Part shown: positions 13,367 to 26,250 of the stretch, in pieces
Position numbering within the stretch: the stretch's first letter is position 1
Layout: the number at the start of each line of letters is the position of its first letter
From: Octopus bimaculoides
Taxonomy: Eukaryota
NCBI RefSeq assembly: GCF_001194135.2
Contig: NC_068987.1
Coordinates: 81,097,635-81,161,634 of the forward strand
Length of the DNA: 64,000 nucleotides
Reading direction: 5' to 3'
Made by a program: the position numbers and the translations under genes
The notes under the pieces: model-generated
The model's input: only the letters and a program-made list of their open reading frames with translations
The model's database searches: none
Told to the model about the DNA's origin: nothing

Positions 13367-14150
13367 TGAGGTGCATTCAAAAAGTACCTGACTTTATTTT
13401 TTCCCCTCAAAATTAATGCTGTATGGACAAAACCCTTTGGGTGGGAAGTGATGCACCCCCATCCTGTTTTTGCATGATAACTTTCATGCTGGTTCACTAT
13501 ATCAGTTCCCAGCTGTTATGCCTAAAGTACAGACATGTAGTGAGCACTTGTTGGACTTTTGCCTTCATGCAAGATAACTGAATGCATGGAACAGAGACCA
13601 TAAACTCTTGTCTCAGCACCAGTGATGACAGTCTTCATGAAGTCTGGGTTGTAGTTCTGTGCGATTTCCATGTGGAGTTGCTTCTGCTGTCCCACCAGCA
13701 CATTGAGGACGAATGTCACCAACACACTCTTCATGCACAAATCCTCCATTAAAATGGAATGCACTGATCCTATTCTTATTCCCATTTCGTGAGCAATTTC
13801 TAGGATTGTTACACGACAGTCTTCCTTGACTATTTGCTGAATCGTCTCAATCAGCTTCTCATTTCAGTTTGTTGATGGCTTGCCTGAGCGTGCCCTGTTC
13901 TTCACTGACGTGCAGCCATGTTTGAAGCAGTTTTACCACAACTTGATCTCAGTTGTGCCCATGACATCATCACCAAAGTCCTACTGAATCTTCTGGATGG
14001 TTTGAGCTTCAGTATCACTAAGCTTTTGGCAAAACTTGATGCAATATCTCTGCTCAAAGTGTTCAGTGAAACCGAATATCCAACAAGCACACACTATACA
14101 TCTGTACTCTGTGTGACTGCTAGGAACTGTATTTTTGAGCATATGTGTCC
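13367..14150 (-). mobile_element. mariner fragment, internally deleted
   Basis: TA then TGAGGTGCATTCAAAAAGTACCTGAC terminus; minus-strand EQRYCIKFCQKL (N-terminus) and KTVITGAETRVYG (ITGDETWVY motif); other TIR not found. Confidence 0.8.
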
Positions 14151-14559
14151 TGGAGGAAGGGTAATGCTCATGACATTTATAGCATTTCAAAGACTGGTGA
14201 AATCAATACCATTAACATTACAGTATTACTGTTAAGAGTTGACTGCAGCAAAGATATGAGCAGCGAAAGAACCCCAATGGGCTGATGTTTTAGGACGAAC
14301 TAACTAAACATAATGCTTAATTCAGGTTCTGCAGATGTGGCTGGAGAGAAAATGGATGAGAGGAAGAAGGGCAAGTGGATAAAGCATGCCTGTATACTGG
14401 TGGTGGTGATACAAGACCAGCCAAATCTGAGAAACAGAGGCCATTATAGTAGTGCTATAAAAGGCAGTGAAAAGAGACAGCATGTCTATGGACTAAAGGC
14501 TGTAGTGTGTCTGTAAGTTATTTCATGCCAGTCAGTGGGGAAATTTTCATTTGATGCAA

Positions 14560-15400
14560 TCTTTGATGCTGGTGTGTGCAACAGCAGCACTGTCCCAGAT
14601 GCAGGAACAATACTACAGTTTGGGACTTATCTAAACTTTTTAGAGGGCCAGTAATTCTTGGAGCTGAAGTATTTTCTGACTCTGAAGAGAAAGGTCTGTC
14701 TTTGAGATGCAGTCCTAGTTATGTTAAGGATGTATATGAGAAATCCTCTGTGATAGTATGGGCTAACATATGGATCACTTGTATGGATTCTTGGTGCTTG
14801 CTGTTTACAATGAAGTGGGTTTAGACGTGATGTTTTTAGATATGAGCAGTGCTGTTGAGACAAGATTGGTATTACCCCACTCGTAGATGCTACTAAGGTG
14901 TTTGTTCATAGAATCCGTGCAGGTTTTGTTTGAAGTGCCTTGGGTGCATATGGATAATGTTTGAGATGGGTAGTTTAGGGAAAAATAAAGAGTTGTATGA
15001 CGTGTGCAAGTGTGGGCCTTGTAGGATGTGATGCAAGTAGGTTATTTGCTGTCTAGAAAGAAGTATGTGAAAGACAGAACCAAACTCTGGGGTACACTAG
15101 AATTGATTGAGTATAAGATAAAAAGAGCTCTGTCAGCATAGACTGTAATTGTGCAATGTGATAAGAAAATACCAATCCGAGAGATTACCTTCAAGATGAA
15201 GGCACAAGTATTGACAAACTTTGTGAGTTTGTAGCCAATGGTAAATATAAAACTGTAGCAAGAGGAACTTAGAATAAAAGTGTTGTAATGAGTATAGGGT
15301 TTCCAGTATAAAATGACTTACCCTCAAAGTGTCTCATATACTTATTGTAGACCTTTCCAACCAGGTCTAGGTGGAATAATTGTGTGTTAAATTGAAAATG
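14560..15400 (-). mobile_element. degenerate CR1/L2 LINE 3' region
   Basis: minus-strand CQYLCLHLEGNLSDW (like KYLG..L..NLSW) and PYVSPYY...SQR (like VWSPY...QRR). Confidence 0.55.
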
Positions 15401-16489
15401 AAGTTTCCTTCTTAGATGATACTGCTTCCTTTGTTAATTCCTTTTATAATTTAGTTTATGAAAATGTTTAGGTGTTAAACGTGAAGTTGACTTTTTGTTC
15501 CCTTTGTGTGTAAAATGAAGTATCTAATATAAACAAAAGTGCACTAGAAGTCAGTATTTCATATTGTTTAGTTCACATTTCACTTTAAATATAAATGATG
15601 TAAATTATGTTTGAAATATTCCTACATTTTCTATTGATAATATATAACTATTATAAGGTGTATTATCAATTTAAGCTGTTATTTATTCTCATGAAATTAA
15701 TTTATATGGCATATCAGGGTCAACATCAATAAAACTATCTTTTAGCAATGTTTTATTGAAAAATTAAGTACTTTCTAAATTTAAAGATATTTATTTCAGT
15801 TTTATGAGATAATTCTAATTTACTTTTTACTATTTTTCAGTCGCTATTTTTGTTTTATTTAGACAAAATGAATCTTTGTAGAAGGTTTTGATTTATAATT
15901 CATATAGATTATTGTTGTTATTCTAAGAAAATGACTACAATAAATTAAGGAAAACCATCCAGTGAATATTGATTTATTGACCTGTAAATAGCTTGTTGAT
16001 TGCAGTTCCTCAAAGCACTTACATTGACAACAATGGAATTCAATGAAATGGTGGTATTTTGACTTGATATGATATAAAATATTGATAATTGAAGAATATG
16101 ATTTATGCTTTTAGAGGCATAATAAATCATAAGAAGTATTTTCTTAACTGATGACCATATACACATATTGCATAGGTTTTAATATTATTGAACATTTTTT
16201 GGCTCGTGAAAGAAACTTTTATAGTGTCTAATTCTATTTTCCTTTTGGCAAGAAGAGAAATATAACTTAATTTTGATTGAAAAATAATTAATTAACTACT
16301 GATTTAAAAAAGAATGAATATAATCTATGAATATTATAACAGTTAAAAAAAATATTTTTCAGATACTAAAAAATAAATTGCAATGCAGAGTAATAATACT
16401 ACAAAAGGTGTAATTGATTGTTTATTTATAATTTGTATTTGGAAAGTTTAGAATCTATAAACTTTGATATAGTTTTACTGAAAAGGTTA

Positions 16490-18020
16490 TATATATTGTT
16501 AATGTATTTCAGTATGATTATAGATTATTGCAGAAGAAAATATGATATCATAACCATAAGAACTATTCCTTTAATGCAAGACTGCCTTGAAGAAATTTAT
16601 TGGAATTCTAATCATATTACCAATAAAAGGATTTTTCTGCCTATAAAAAGGAAATCGAATGGTGCATAACTTAAGACTGTCATACTACATAGTAGTACCA
16701 TGTAATCATTATAGGTTGAATACTTCTAAGGATTGATGAACACCATAGATTTGTTCAAGGATTTCATTAGATTATGCAACAGCTAAAAGCAATAGCGATA
16801 TAACACAAACTTGATTCAGAAAGAATTTCATGTACACTGATTTTGCAAAGTCTGTAGCAATGTCTTAGTATAGAATTATAATTTTATCACTTGAAATTAC
16901 TGGCAAATTTTTTCAGCAGGTAGTTCAACATTTTTTTTTTTTCAGGTAGAGCTGATAAGGTGTGACTTTTATAGTTTGAATTTTGGCGAAAATCATGAGC
17001 TAATCTGGTCTTAGGGAAAGAACAAATAAAGAGATCATAGATAAGAACTTTACAATCCAAGTGATCAAATAGAAATAGTACTGAGTTTTAGTTTATTCAT
17101 GTCTACCTAAAATGAAAGAAAGCAGTAAAAGTGGTAATAATTATATAATAACTTCTCTGAAGTTATGTAACCTCTTATGAAAAGACCTTATTCATAATGA
17201 AACTATAAAATGATCTAGAATTACTAATACTTCCATAAGAAGAGTCATAAAAGTATATACTTCTTTTGCTAAAAGTAAAAGTATATGCACATTACTCTGG
17301 CACTAATGCAAATGCATAGATATTCCAGCAAACCTACGAGCTACTGCATTAAACCTTCTTCAGCAAGATTTATATGTGAATTGATATTACACATCCAACT
17401 GATAAACATTTATTTATTAAGGAACTAGAAAAACTTGTACTATTATTAAGATTAGAAAGATAATTTATTTACTAAATAGACACATCTATACATTCATTCA
17501 TACGCAAGAAAATGATTACTTCAATGTCAGCTGTCAGAACCTAGGTTATCTCAATCATTCTAGAATAACGGAACATCCTCAAGATTATATTTAGATCCCA
17601 GAAGACATTTATAAACATGTATGTTATCAAAATACAATAAGTCAAAACCATGTAAAACTGTTCACTTGTCTTAAGCAAAAAGTAAATGATGGTGAGATGA
17701 CTTACCATGTTAACATAAAAAGATGAGTGTGTGAGTTGTAGCTCTTAATCCTGCTAGTTACAAAAAAATATTATATAAAATTGAGATTAAAGAAAAAATC
17801 ATGGAAATCAAGTAAAGATGAGAGGAATTTTATAAAGTAACCTTGAAAAGAAAAAACACAAAATTCATTCTCTTGGGTGCAAAAACCTATAAAGTAATGG
17901 TGATTGGATTGACAACTTGTTCTGAAGATTTCAGATCACAAAATCTGGAATCTGTAATATTGGTAAAAGAAACATGGAAATCACCTGTCAGTTTGATGTT
18001 ACTCATGAGGAATTCTTATA
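16490..18020 (+). mobile_element. highly decayed Ty3/Gypsy pol remnant
   Basis: MIIDYC-RRKYDIITIRTIPLMQDCLEEI (like IDYRKLN.IT....PLP.I.DCLE.I), then weaker RT/RNaseH-like pieces (FSEVM*PL, QNLGYL) and ETWKSPVSL in pol order. Confidence 0.45.
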
Positions 18021-18539
18021 GCTTCTAGTTTACAACCTGAATATTAATGATAATATTCTAATTTTTGAATTAATTTCCTGCATCATTTTTTTCAGTTGTG
18101 CATGACTAACATTTTCTTTATGAAATTCGGAGTGCTGATTTATATTCTGAATACATTTTGGAGTTTGCCTTTTGTAAATAAAATACATATTGCTATGCTA
18201 TTTTCACAAATTTAATTGGAATTTTGCTGAAAATATTTCTTCACTTTGCAAAATTGTTAAATAATTTTTAATAAATTCGTTTAATTAAATCTTAAATATA
18301 ATTTTATTTCAACATCTGTTTTATATGTGGAAATTTGTTTTGTAAACTATTTGAGTGATATTTACTCATAATGTGTACAATTTTTAATGAAATGTACTTA
18401 TCAAACAACCAAATCTGAGCTGAGGGCCAAAATTTATCTAAACCATAAAAATGTGATGACAGATAACATTTTCACAACAGTTTGCATGCATAAATATGTG
18501 TGTGTGTGTAAGTATATGTTTTCACATGTATACACATGT

Positions 18540-18541
18540 GT

Positions 18542-18586
<45 letters not shown>
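18540..18586. repeat. (AC)n microsatellite
   Basis: perfect AC run. Confidence 0.95.
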
Positions 18587-18589
<3 letters not shown>

Positions 18590-19917
18590 GCATGTGTATA
18601 CCACATAGATATTTATATGTATGATATAGCATTTTATCGAATTTGAAAAGACTTAACAAACTGTTACTCAGAGTGTCATATAACCTATCATGAAACAGCT
18701 TGACTTATTGTATTGCATGAAACTGTGTAACATCCTTCAAAGTTTTTTCATCTTCAATAAAACACTATTTTACTCTACCTTTAGTATTTGAGTGCTATTT
18801 TCTCCACCTTGCTTTGCACCTACATGCTTGCATGTATGTGCATAAATAAATGTGTTTACAGAGGCAATTATGCAGATAGATAAACAAAATATAACAGCTT
18901 AGGTTTGCTATAGAAAATGTGTGTGTATATATATATATATATATATACATGTAAACTGAAAGAAAGCAAAGACTGAAGATTTTCAGACGATGAATATTTA
19001 AGGATAGATATATAGGTATTTATGTATCAATAGCCCAAACCTACACAGTGTGCAAATGACTGAGAAAACTAAAGGGTAGGATGTAAGGTGTTACAAGTCC
19101 AACAGCTGATTCTAGGAGCTTTGGATATCCATCATAACATTGGTAGAAGTAGTTCACCCAAATATGAAGCCTGTAATAGAAGCAAATACACATTAGATAA
19201 ATTGAACCTCTGTCATCGGGGTAGAAAAAAAATCTTACATTTCAGATCATGCATGTGTATATATATGTGTGTGTGTGTGTGTATATATGTGTGTGTGTGT
19301 ATAGGTATATGTGTGTGTGTGTATAGGTATATGTGTGTATGTATATACATATGTATTAGATTAGAATAGCTGCCTATTATTACAGTATTCATCTGGAGAT
19401 AACATATTTTAAAGATGTGCTAGGTTTACAAACTATATATATTGGAGGAAGACAAAACTCGTCCTAGTAGTGGCTAGCATGAATGCCAGATGTATTTTAC
19501 CTTGCTGGGCAGTGTCAGTGATGTTTATTCACAGTCAATCACGTGTCTAGATGAGATTTGTTGCCACCAATATATTGAATAAGTGAATAAACATTCACAG
19601 GTATTGCAAATAGCTGCCTGGCTGAATAGCAATTCATTACACATATATACATACCTACATACATACCTGCCTGTCTGTCTCTCTATCTATATATATAACA
19701 AATATCCCGTCCCAAAAAATAGAAAGTATGGTCCAATCTATACACCCGTCTCCACATGTGTGCCATTTTTTATGCGAATCCACCCACCCGTTTGGCTGTG
19801 AACCTCAAGACAAGAAAGAATACAACGGTCAGCCAACTTCAATTTATATTATTGACTTCAATTTATATGCAACCTCATCCTCATTTACACATAGGTGCTT
19901 ACATGCATACACATAAC

Positions 19918-19918
19918 G

Positions 19919-19969
<51 letters not shown>
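19918..19969. repeat. (AC)n microsatellite
   Basis: perfect AC run. Confidence 0.95.
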
Positions 19970-19972
<3 letters not shown>

Positions 19973-20019
19973 GAAGTTCTTAAGATGACCTGCCCACATC
20001 ATCAGAACTGAGTTCTAGA

Positions 20020-20880
20020 AACACTGTGTCCCACCCACACTTAACAAGAAAACTTCACACACACTCTACCACAACAAATCAAACTACATGTCTACATCTC
20101 TTCTCTTCCTCACATTTCTGCTTCATGTACTATGATTACCTCCCAATCCCCAATCCTGTCCTCTTGGCCCTGTGCCACTGTATTATTGCTCTCTGCTTGC
20201 ACCCGACCTGTGCATTCTATCCTCATGTCCTATCTCACTCACTCTGTTATTGCTATCTACTAGCCCCTGACATGGGTGTTCCAGCCACATGTAACAAGAA
20301 AATTTTTCCCTCACCCTACTCCAACAAACAAATCTACATCTCTGCTCTTTCTCACATTTCCTCCTTCATGCACTATGTCTAGCTTTCACTCCCCAATCTT
20401 GCTCTCACACCCCTGTTCCTCCTATCTCATTGGTATCCAGTAGCCCCTCCAACTCTATATATACCCAAGTCTTCCACCACTTACTCGCACTCTTTAATCA
20501 CACTCCCTTTGCAATATCCTGCCGCTTATATTATGGCATTTGAACCTCAAGGGTATGCCCTGCACTTGCCACCATCTATATCTCTCCCTCTTCCTTTACT
20601 CAACCATCTTATTTATATTCTGATCACCGTTTCTTGTGAGTGTGCCTGGCATTTTGCCACCATCTCTATCCTGCTGTCTCCCACTCTCTCTCCTTCTCCT
20701 GCACTTCCCTCAGGTTGGGTAACCATGTACTTTCTTTGTGGTAGCACACCTGTTTCTGTCTTCATTCCAGATCTTTCTCTCTCTCTCTCTCTAGCTGGGT
20801 AACCTTGTACTTCCTCTATAGCAAGACACCTGTATTTGTCGCACTATAACCTTTTCATCATCATCTCCTCCAATGCCTCC
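20020..20880 (+). mobile_element. pyrimidine-rich decayed repeat, possibly Penelope-like
   Basis: distinct C/T-rich composition; diverged direct repeat GGTTGGGTAACCATGTAC / GCTGGGTAACCTTGTAC near 20712 and 20794; family assignment is a guess. Confidence 0.25.
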
Positions 20881-20929
20881 TCCCCTTGTAGAAGTTTATT
20901 TTTAATGTCTTGCAAGTATTTGGTGAACC

Positions 20930-21215
20930 TGTCAGTACAGGTGCCAATTAAAAGCACCCAGTCCACACTGTAAAGTGGTTGGTGTTCGGAGGGGTATCCG
21001 GCTGTAAAAACCTCGCCAAAACTGACCTCGCCAGTGCTTATGTCATGTAAAATGCACTAAGTCCACTCTGCTGAATGGTTGGTGTTAAGAAGGGCATCCA
21101 GCTGTAAAAATCCTGCCAAAACAGACACAGAAGTCTGGTTCAGGCGTAGGCCTGACTAGCTCTTGTGGTACCGTCCTACCCATGCAAGCATGGACGATGA
21201 TGATGATGATGATGA
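20930..21215 (+). mobile_element. solo RTE 3' tail with internal tandem duplication
   Basis: two copies of GCAC..AGTCCAC..TGGTTGGTGTT..GGG.ATCC.GCTGTAAAAA, then CCATGCAAGCATGGA and (GAT)n. Confidence 0.75.
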
Positions 21216-21559
21216 TATATATATGTATGTATACACACACACACACATATATATACATATATACATACACACACATACACGTATAGACAGATAGATATAA
21301 ACACACACATAATCATTCATTATCCTTTCTACATTCAATTTGAATGTGTGTGTGTATATGCATTCATACATATATTTTTAGCTCCTGACCAGCTCTAGCT
21401 GAACAGGTGTATGATCAGGATTTTTAGCCATAATCATTTCATCTGTTTGTATATCAATATCTACATTGTAGATATAGATAGATAGTAGGGTGTGATTTGA
21501 GGGAAGTTGCTGCTAGGAAAGGTTTGATTTTTAAAAGAAGACAGGTGTAGGAAACATTC

Positions 21560-22060
21560 AATGAACTGTTACCTTTGTTGATAAATGGTTTCTCACTTCA
21601 TACACAAGCCATACTTGTTTGATCACACAACTTTCTTGAACTCTACTTCGATCATTTGTACTCTGCTAACCACTTCTGTGCAACCAATGTTCTGGTTCTC
21701 AGTGTACCAGAGATCATAATTCACCATTTGTGTGCCAATTTGTTATATGTTAAAAACATTACCAAGTCCCATCTTACAAGAAATAGGTACCAAATTCCTC
21801 CAACTCAGACCTCACTATCATAAAATAGGATGACAAAATGTAAGCTTAGATATACAAACTGGTGGAGTAGTCTATTGCTGAAATGCCTTTGAATATAGAT
21901 TTGTTCAACCATGGTAGCATAGCAATGAAATATGGACATCGAATGTGAAAACTTTGATAAGGCTTGGAAGAACTGGAGTGAGTATGTTGAATTTATAGTG
22001 TTAAGGTTCATGGAAGAGAACACTAGTTAACATACAATGGCTAGACATTTAAGGTATGAG
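21560..22060 (+). mobile_element. CR1/L2 LINE 3' remnant
   Basis: decayed coding-like sequence resembling LINE C-terminal motifs; weak. Confidence 0.3.
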
Positions 22061-23999
22061 CTGATGTATTTAGTCTTTTTAATTTTACTTCAGGTTAGCC
22101 CTGACAATTTTCCTTATTCATTTTAACTAATTTTAATGTTTCTGAAGATATTTTATTGGCCATATTATGTCAGGTATACTTCAATATGTTTTGTGTAAAT
22201 TTTTGGAAGAAATGAGTACTTTCGAATAACATCAAAATGTTTACTTTCTGGTAGTACTAAATCATTAATTTACATAAGATACAATGTGCCTGTGTGTGTG
22301 TATATATATGTATATATATTTATATATATGTATGTATATATATAAATATATGTATGTATGTATATATACACATACATGCATATATAGATACATATAACAT
22401 ACATATATATATATATATATATGATAGACTCAATCAAATTCAAAATCAAATAAATTATTTTGCATTTGTTGCATCACTTCCTTAATTAGATGTAATCTAT
22501 CCTAATTTTTGAAATCAAATCTTTTAACTTAATTGGTAGCTAGATAAAATCTTAAAAAAAAAAAAAATTGAAATGCATTCAAGACATATATCCACATTAA
22601 GATTTAAATATATGTAATAAAAACCAAATATAAACTAACTGTAAGAAAATATTAGTAAAATGTAGAAACAAAAATTCTTGCTTCGAACATTATTGCTTTT
22701 ATAGGATTTGTAATTATGTTATTTATTTCTAGACTTCTTATCTCAAAATTATTTTAAATATATTAAAAGAGTTGTTATTTATACATATTTTTTATCTGCT
22801 TATAAGTTTTGAAATCTGCGTTAATCTGTAAATCTATTATGTCTTCACTTGGTTATAGAGTATGTTATTTTGTTTCATTGAATTAGGCAAGTTTCTTTAC
22901 ATGAAGTTATTAGGCTTTAAAGTTTATAGTTTTACATTATATTTATGCTTATATAAGACTTAATATGAATAATTTTACATGATTAAGTTAAGTAACCCTT
23001 ATGATTTATTTCAAACATTTCAGACATCTTCTTTACTACTGTTAACATTTTACGTTTTTCTATCAGGAGAATTTTTTAAGCCATAGCATGCTGCATTTTT
23101 TCTAGAAGTGCTTCCCCTATCACTGCCTTGTTACTACAATAGGTGACATGATACACCTACAGTGTACAGGTTAACCAATATTTACACATTATCATTTATA
23201 CCCTTATCTGCTTTGAGCTTCACCCCCCCCCCCCATCAAAAGAATTATTTCACATTCTCTTGATGCTCTTTATGTTTGATATTGGGTAGAAGGTTGTTTC
23301 TAAACTAGTTAATAATTTATGTTATCTGTATTGCCATCGATAATTTATTCATTCTTAGCTGCATCAATATTTTCTGCTCAATCTTCAATATTTCAGGCAT
23401 TTTAAAATGTATCTTCAATAATGTCAAAGTTTAAGGATATCATTGAAAGTGTAGTACATATTCTTACTTATTCAATTTTATTTATCAATAATAATCATGC
23501 AAATGGAGTTGGCATAGCATAATTCGACATTACCATCTCATACACACACAATTTTTTCTCCTGAAATAATTCAATTTTTAACAAAATACTACTTAGAACT
23601 CTTGTATATCATATATGAATAATGCATATTTATAACAATATGCATTATTTTTGCAATATGTTTTCAAATAGCAATAACTTTCATTGGATACCTGCATAAA
23701 GAATTATTCTAAAAGTAAACATATAAAAAACTTGTGATTTTCTTGTAATTTATACCACTATCATTTTAAAAAAAATTAATTTTCTATATTAGAATGGATT
23801 GAAAGAATCAGTTATACAGCATAACACCAATCCTTGTGATGATTTGTTATCTTATCCATGAGGATCAGCATCCTCAGACTTTCTCTGTTCTTTACTGACA
23901 ATATACATCAGTCAGATCACTTTTGAATAAACATTTATTTTCTGTTTGCATTGGATGTTCACATCAGTACAGTCATTCCTCTTACACATGTTAAACTAT

Positions 24000-24830
24000 T
24001 ACCGCATGCGACATATAATAACATAATCAAAGACAGGCCGTCGTACAAAGAAAAGAGTGTATGTGAGTGATACATGTATGTGTATGTGAGATATTACAGC
24101 AGATAGAAAGAGTCAGTAACACGTGAGCATTTATACCAGTTCTTAAGTACACAATTGGAAGAGTCTGTATGTGAAAGAAGTTGAGGCTGTGTGTGGCAGG
24201 GCGATCACTAGTTGTGATGTTGGCTTCCATGCTGGGCCGGGCTCTTGAGGACAGACGTTTATCGCAGGCTGTAACTCTTGTCTGTTTATTTATCGTGGTG
24301 AATATGAATCACCAAACAGAATCGAAGAGAGAATATGTGCCGCAGTAGTTTGGATTGGTGTACATAGAAAGTCGTGTTGACGCTGGTGGTGAAGCTGGTG
24401 GCAAAGACGAATGCTTGGTAGTAGTCGTAGACTCGTGTTGCTGATGTGGCGATGGCGGTGGTAATCTTGGCTGGACGAAGCTGTTGATGGAGTCGCTGGA
24501 ACTGCTGCTGCTGCTGTCGTGTGGTACACGGAACAGGTCTCTCAAGAGATCTGAACCGAGACGAAGTTTGCCGCTGAATTAAAGCATTTTATAGTTGATG
24601 GTAGGCTCACCAGGCATCAGAAAAATACTCTATCACGTGACCTTATTAGGGGCCGTGATTGGTCAGTTTGCATTCTGGCGGGAACGGTTCAAAGAAGTTG
24701 CCGCTTCGAATAATAATCAGTCACGTGATGACAAGGAATGTGTTTTCCGCTACGCCCGCTCTTGTTTATATTTAAATGAGAAGATTGTATGTAATGGCGA
24801 TAGTAGTTTTGTATCTAATAGCGATAGGTA
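24000..24830. promoter_or_regulatory. CpG-rich island-like promoter / first-exon region upstream of the SPO11 exons
   Basis: visibly the most CpG-dense non-repeat stretch in the window; E-boxes TCACGTGAC 24633-24641 and GTCACGTGA 24720-24728, inverted CCAAT (ATTGG) 24658-24662, E2F-type TGGCGGGAA 24676-24684, YY1-type AATGGCG 24793-24799, donor AG|GTAGTT at 24827/24828. Confidence 0.7.
24598..24827 (+). CDS. SPO11: candidate SPO11 first exon (coding status uncertain)
   Basis: ORF from ATG 24598 reaches donor GATAG|gtagtt in phase 2, exactly the phase needed to join exon 27550 (..SNSDR|FSVEFG); peptide not recognisably SPO11-like and it overlaps promoter motifs. Confidence 0.35.
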
Positions 24831-25119
24831 GTTTCACTACACATGCTTCAAAAATCTGCCATTCACACTGGGAGAAGAACCTTTGTTGCTGACAGTTTAA
24901 AAACTAAGCAAACTCTTTCCACTCTCTTCTCATTGTATGTGGTATGCATCTACTATATCTACCTTCAATATTGTGATTGATTATGTCACCTTCATAACAT
25001 AAACTATTTATTACATATTAGCTGTTAAATTCATACCATAAGTGCTACAGCTTCTAATTAGTTTTATGTAGCTATCATTACTTAAGTTTGTACTGTGGGA
25101 GATCCCATTTCAGTTTTCA

Positions 25120-25740
25120 TGAAGCTGTTGTTTGCACTGGGTACACAATATTTTGACTTTACCTAGTCCTTTCCTACTTTTCAAGAGAGGCCATTTACAG
25201 GAGAGCATTGGGATGTTATACTATCTGTTACTAATTGGATCTTTTCTGTATCGACTTTTAGACTGTTGTCCTGTCATTTGGGCTTTGAACTTTTTCTGCA
25301 GCCTTTTGGCAGATTTCTGCAATGAAAATCAAGTCATTAGCATATGTAACTTTCCGGTTCTAATCTGCAATTATATTGCTTCAGGAACTGTAATGAATAA
25401 TTGGAAGCTGTAGACAGAGCCTTGGTTAATATCTAGCTGTATTTTGAAACTCTTCACTGAAAACTTAACTAAATTTAGTGCAATTTCTAATCTTCATTTA
25501 TAGCTTGAATAATTCTTACAAGATATTCATCTCTCCCCAGTTTCTTCTGTGCTCACCAAACTACAGAGCATGAGACCCTGTTTTAGTCCATTTCAAATTA
25601 ACAAATGCAAAAAGATGTTTGTTCTTTAATGCTATCTTTTCTTGTTGCTTTTACAAGAAATGTTATTTTTGGTTTCCCTATCATGTACTAATTTTGTTTA
25701 GACTTCCTTTATTGAGACCCTATCAATGACTCTTTTGAGT
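25120..25740 (-). mobile_element. old RTE LINE RT fragment
   Basis: minus-strand DINQGSVYSFQLFITV (like GVHQGSVLSPLLFI) and CKWPLLKSRKGLGKVKILCTQCK (decayed Cys finger). Confidence 0.7.
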
Positions 25741-26019
25741 GCATTTTCTTTCATCCTAAGACAATTTATGATGATAAAACTATACAAATCAATGAAAATA
25801 ACATTTTCATACTCTTTCTTAGTTACTTAAGTGAATAATTAGCATAGTGAATATATAACCTGGAATTTTCAATAGTTTGGCATCAATCACAGATTACTTT
25901 TACTTTTCCTATCTTCATCTCTATTATTGCCTTCTGAACTTTACTGAAATTAACATCACTTATTAATCTCCCTGCTGACTAATTTTCAGTAGAATTTCAC
26001 TAACTCATTGGCATTTCTT

Positions 26020-26250
26020 GCTGAGACATACTTGTGTGATCAAGAAGTTTGCTTATCAACCATGTGTTTTTGCATTCATTCCCACTGTGTGACATAGGCA
26101 AGTGTCTTCCATAGCTTGAGTCTTCCAATACTTTGTGAGTGAAATTGTTAGATGGAAAACCACTGTATAAGTGTGTGTATGTGAATGTGTATCTTTGTGT
26201 CTTCCCACCTGTGTCTGGCATTGTTTATATCAACTGTAAAATGTATTCAG
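26020..26250 (+). mobile_element. SINE family C (old copy)
   Basis: GTGTGATCAAGAAGTTTGCTT..AACCATGTG..GGCAAGTGTCTTCCATAG..; homologous to 52285-52690. Confidence 0.6.

Noticed and set aside
15322-15366. Strong minus-strand donor GAGG|gtaagt with a 45-nt open mini-exon
   Set aside because: Lies within a decayed CR1/L2 element; no partner exons.
19043-19170. Possible minus-strand exon LHIWVNYFYQCYDGYPKLLESAVGL (good acceptor; faint RasGEF REM resemblance)
   Set aside because: Weak donor, no compatible neighbouring exon, phase does not fit the 24.2 kb candidate; compatible with chance.
18387-22485. ORFs rich in HT/CV/YI dipeptides
   Set aside because: Translations of (AC)n/(GT)n/(AT)n microsatellites.
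23792-23870. NTNPCDDL resembling the neprilysin NPCDDFY motif
   Set aside because: Frame stops within a few codons; no donor; chance match.
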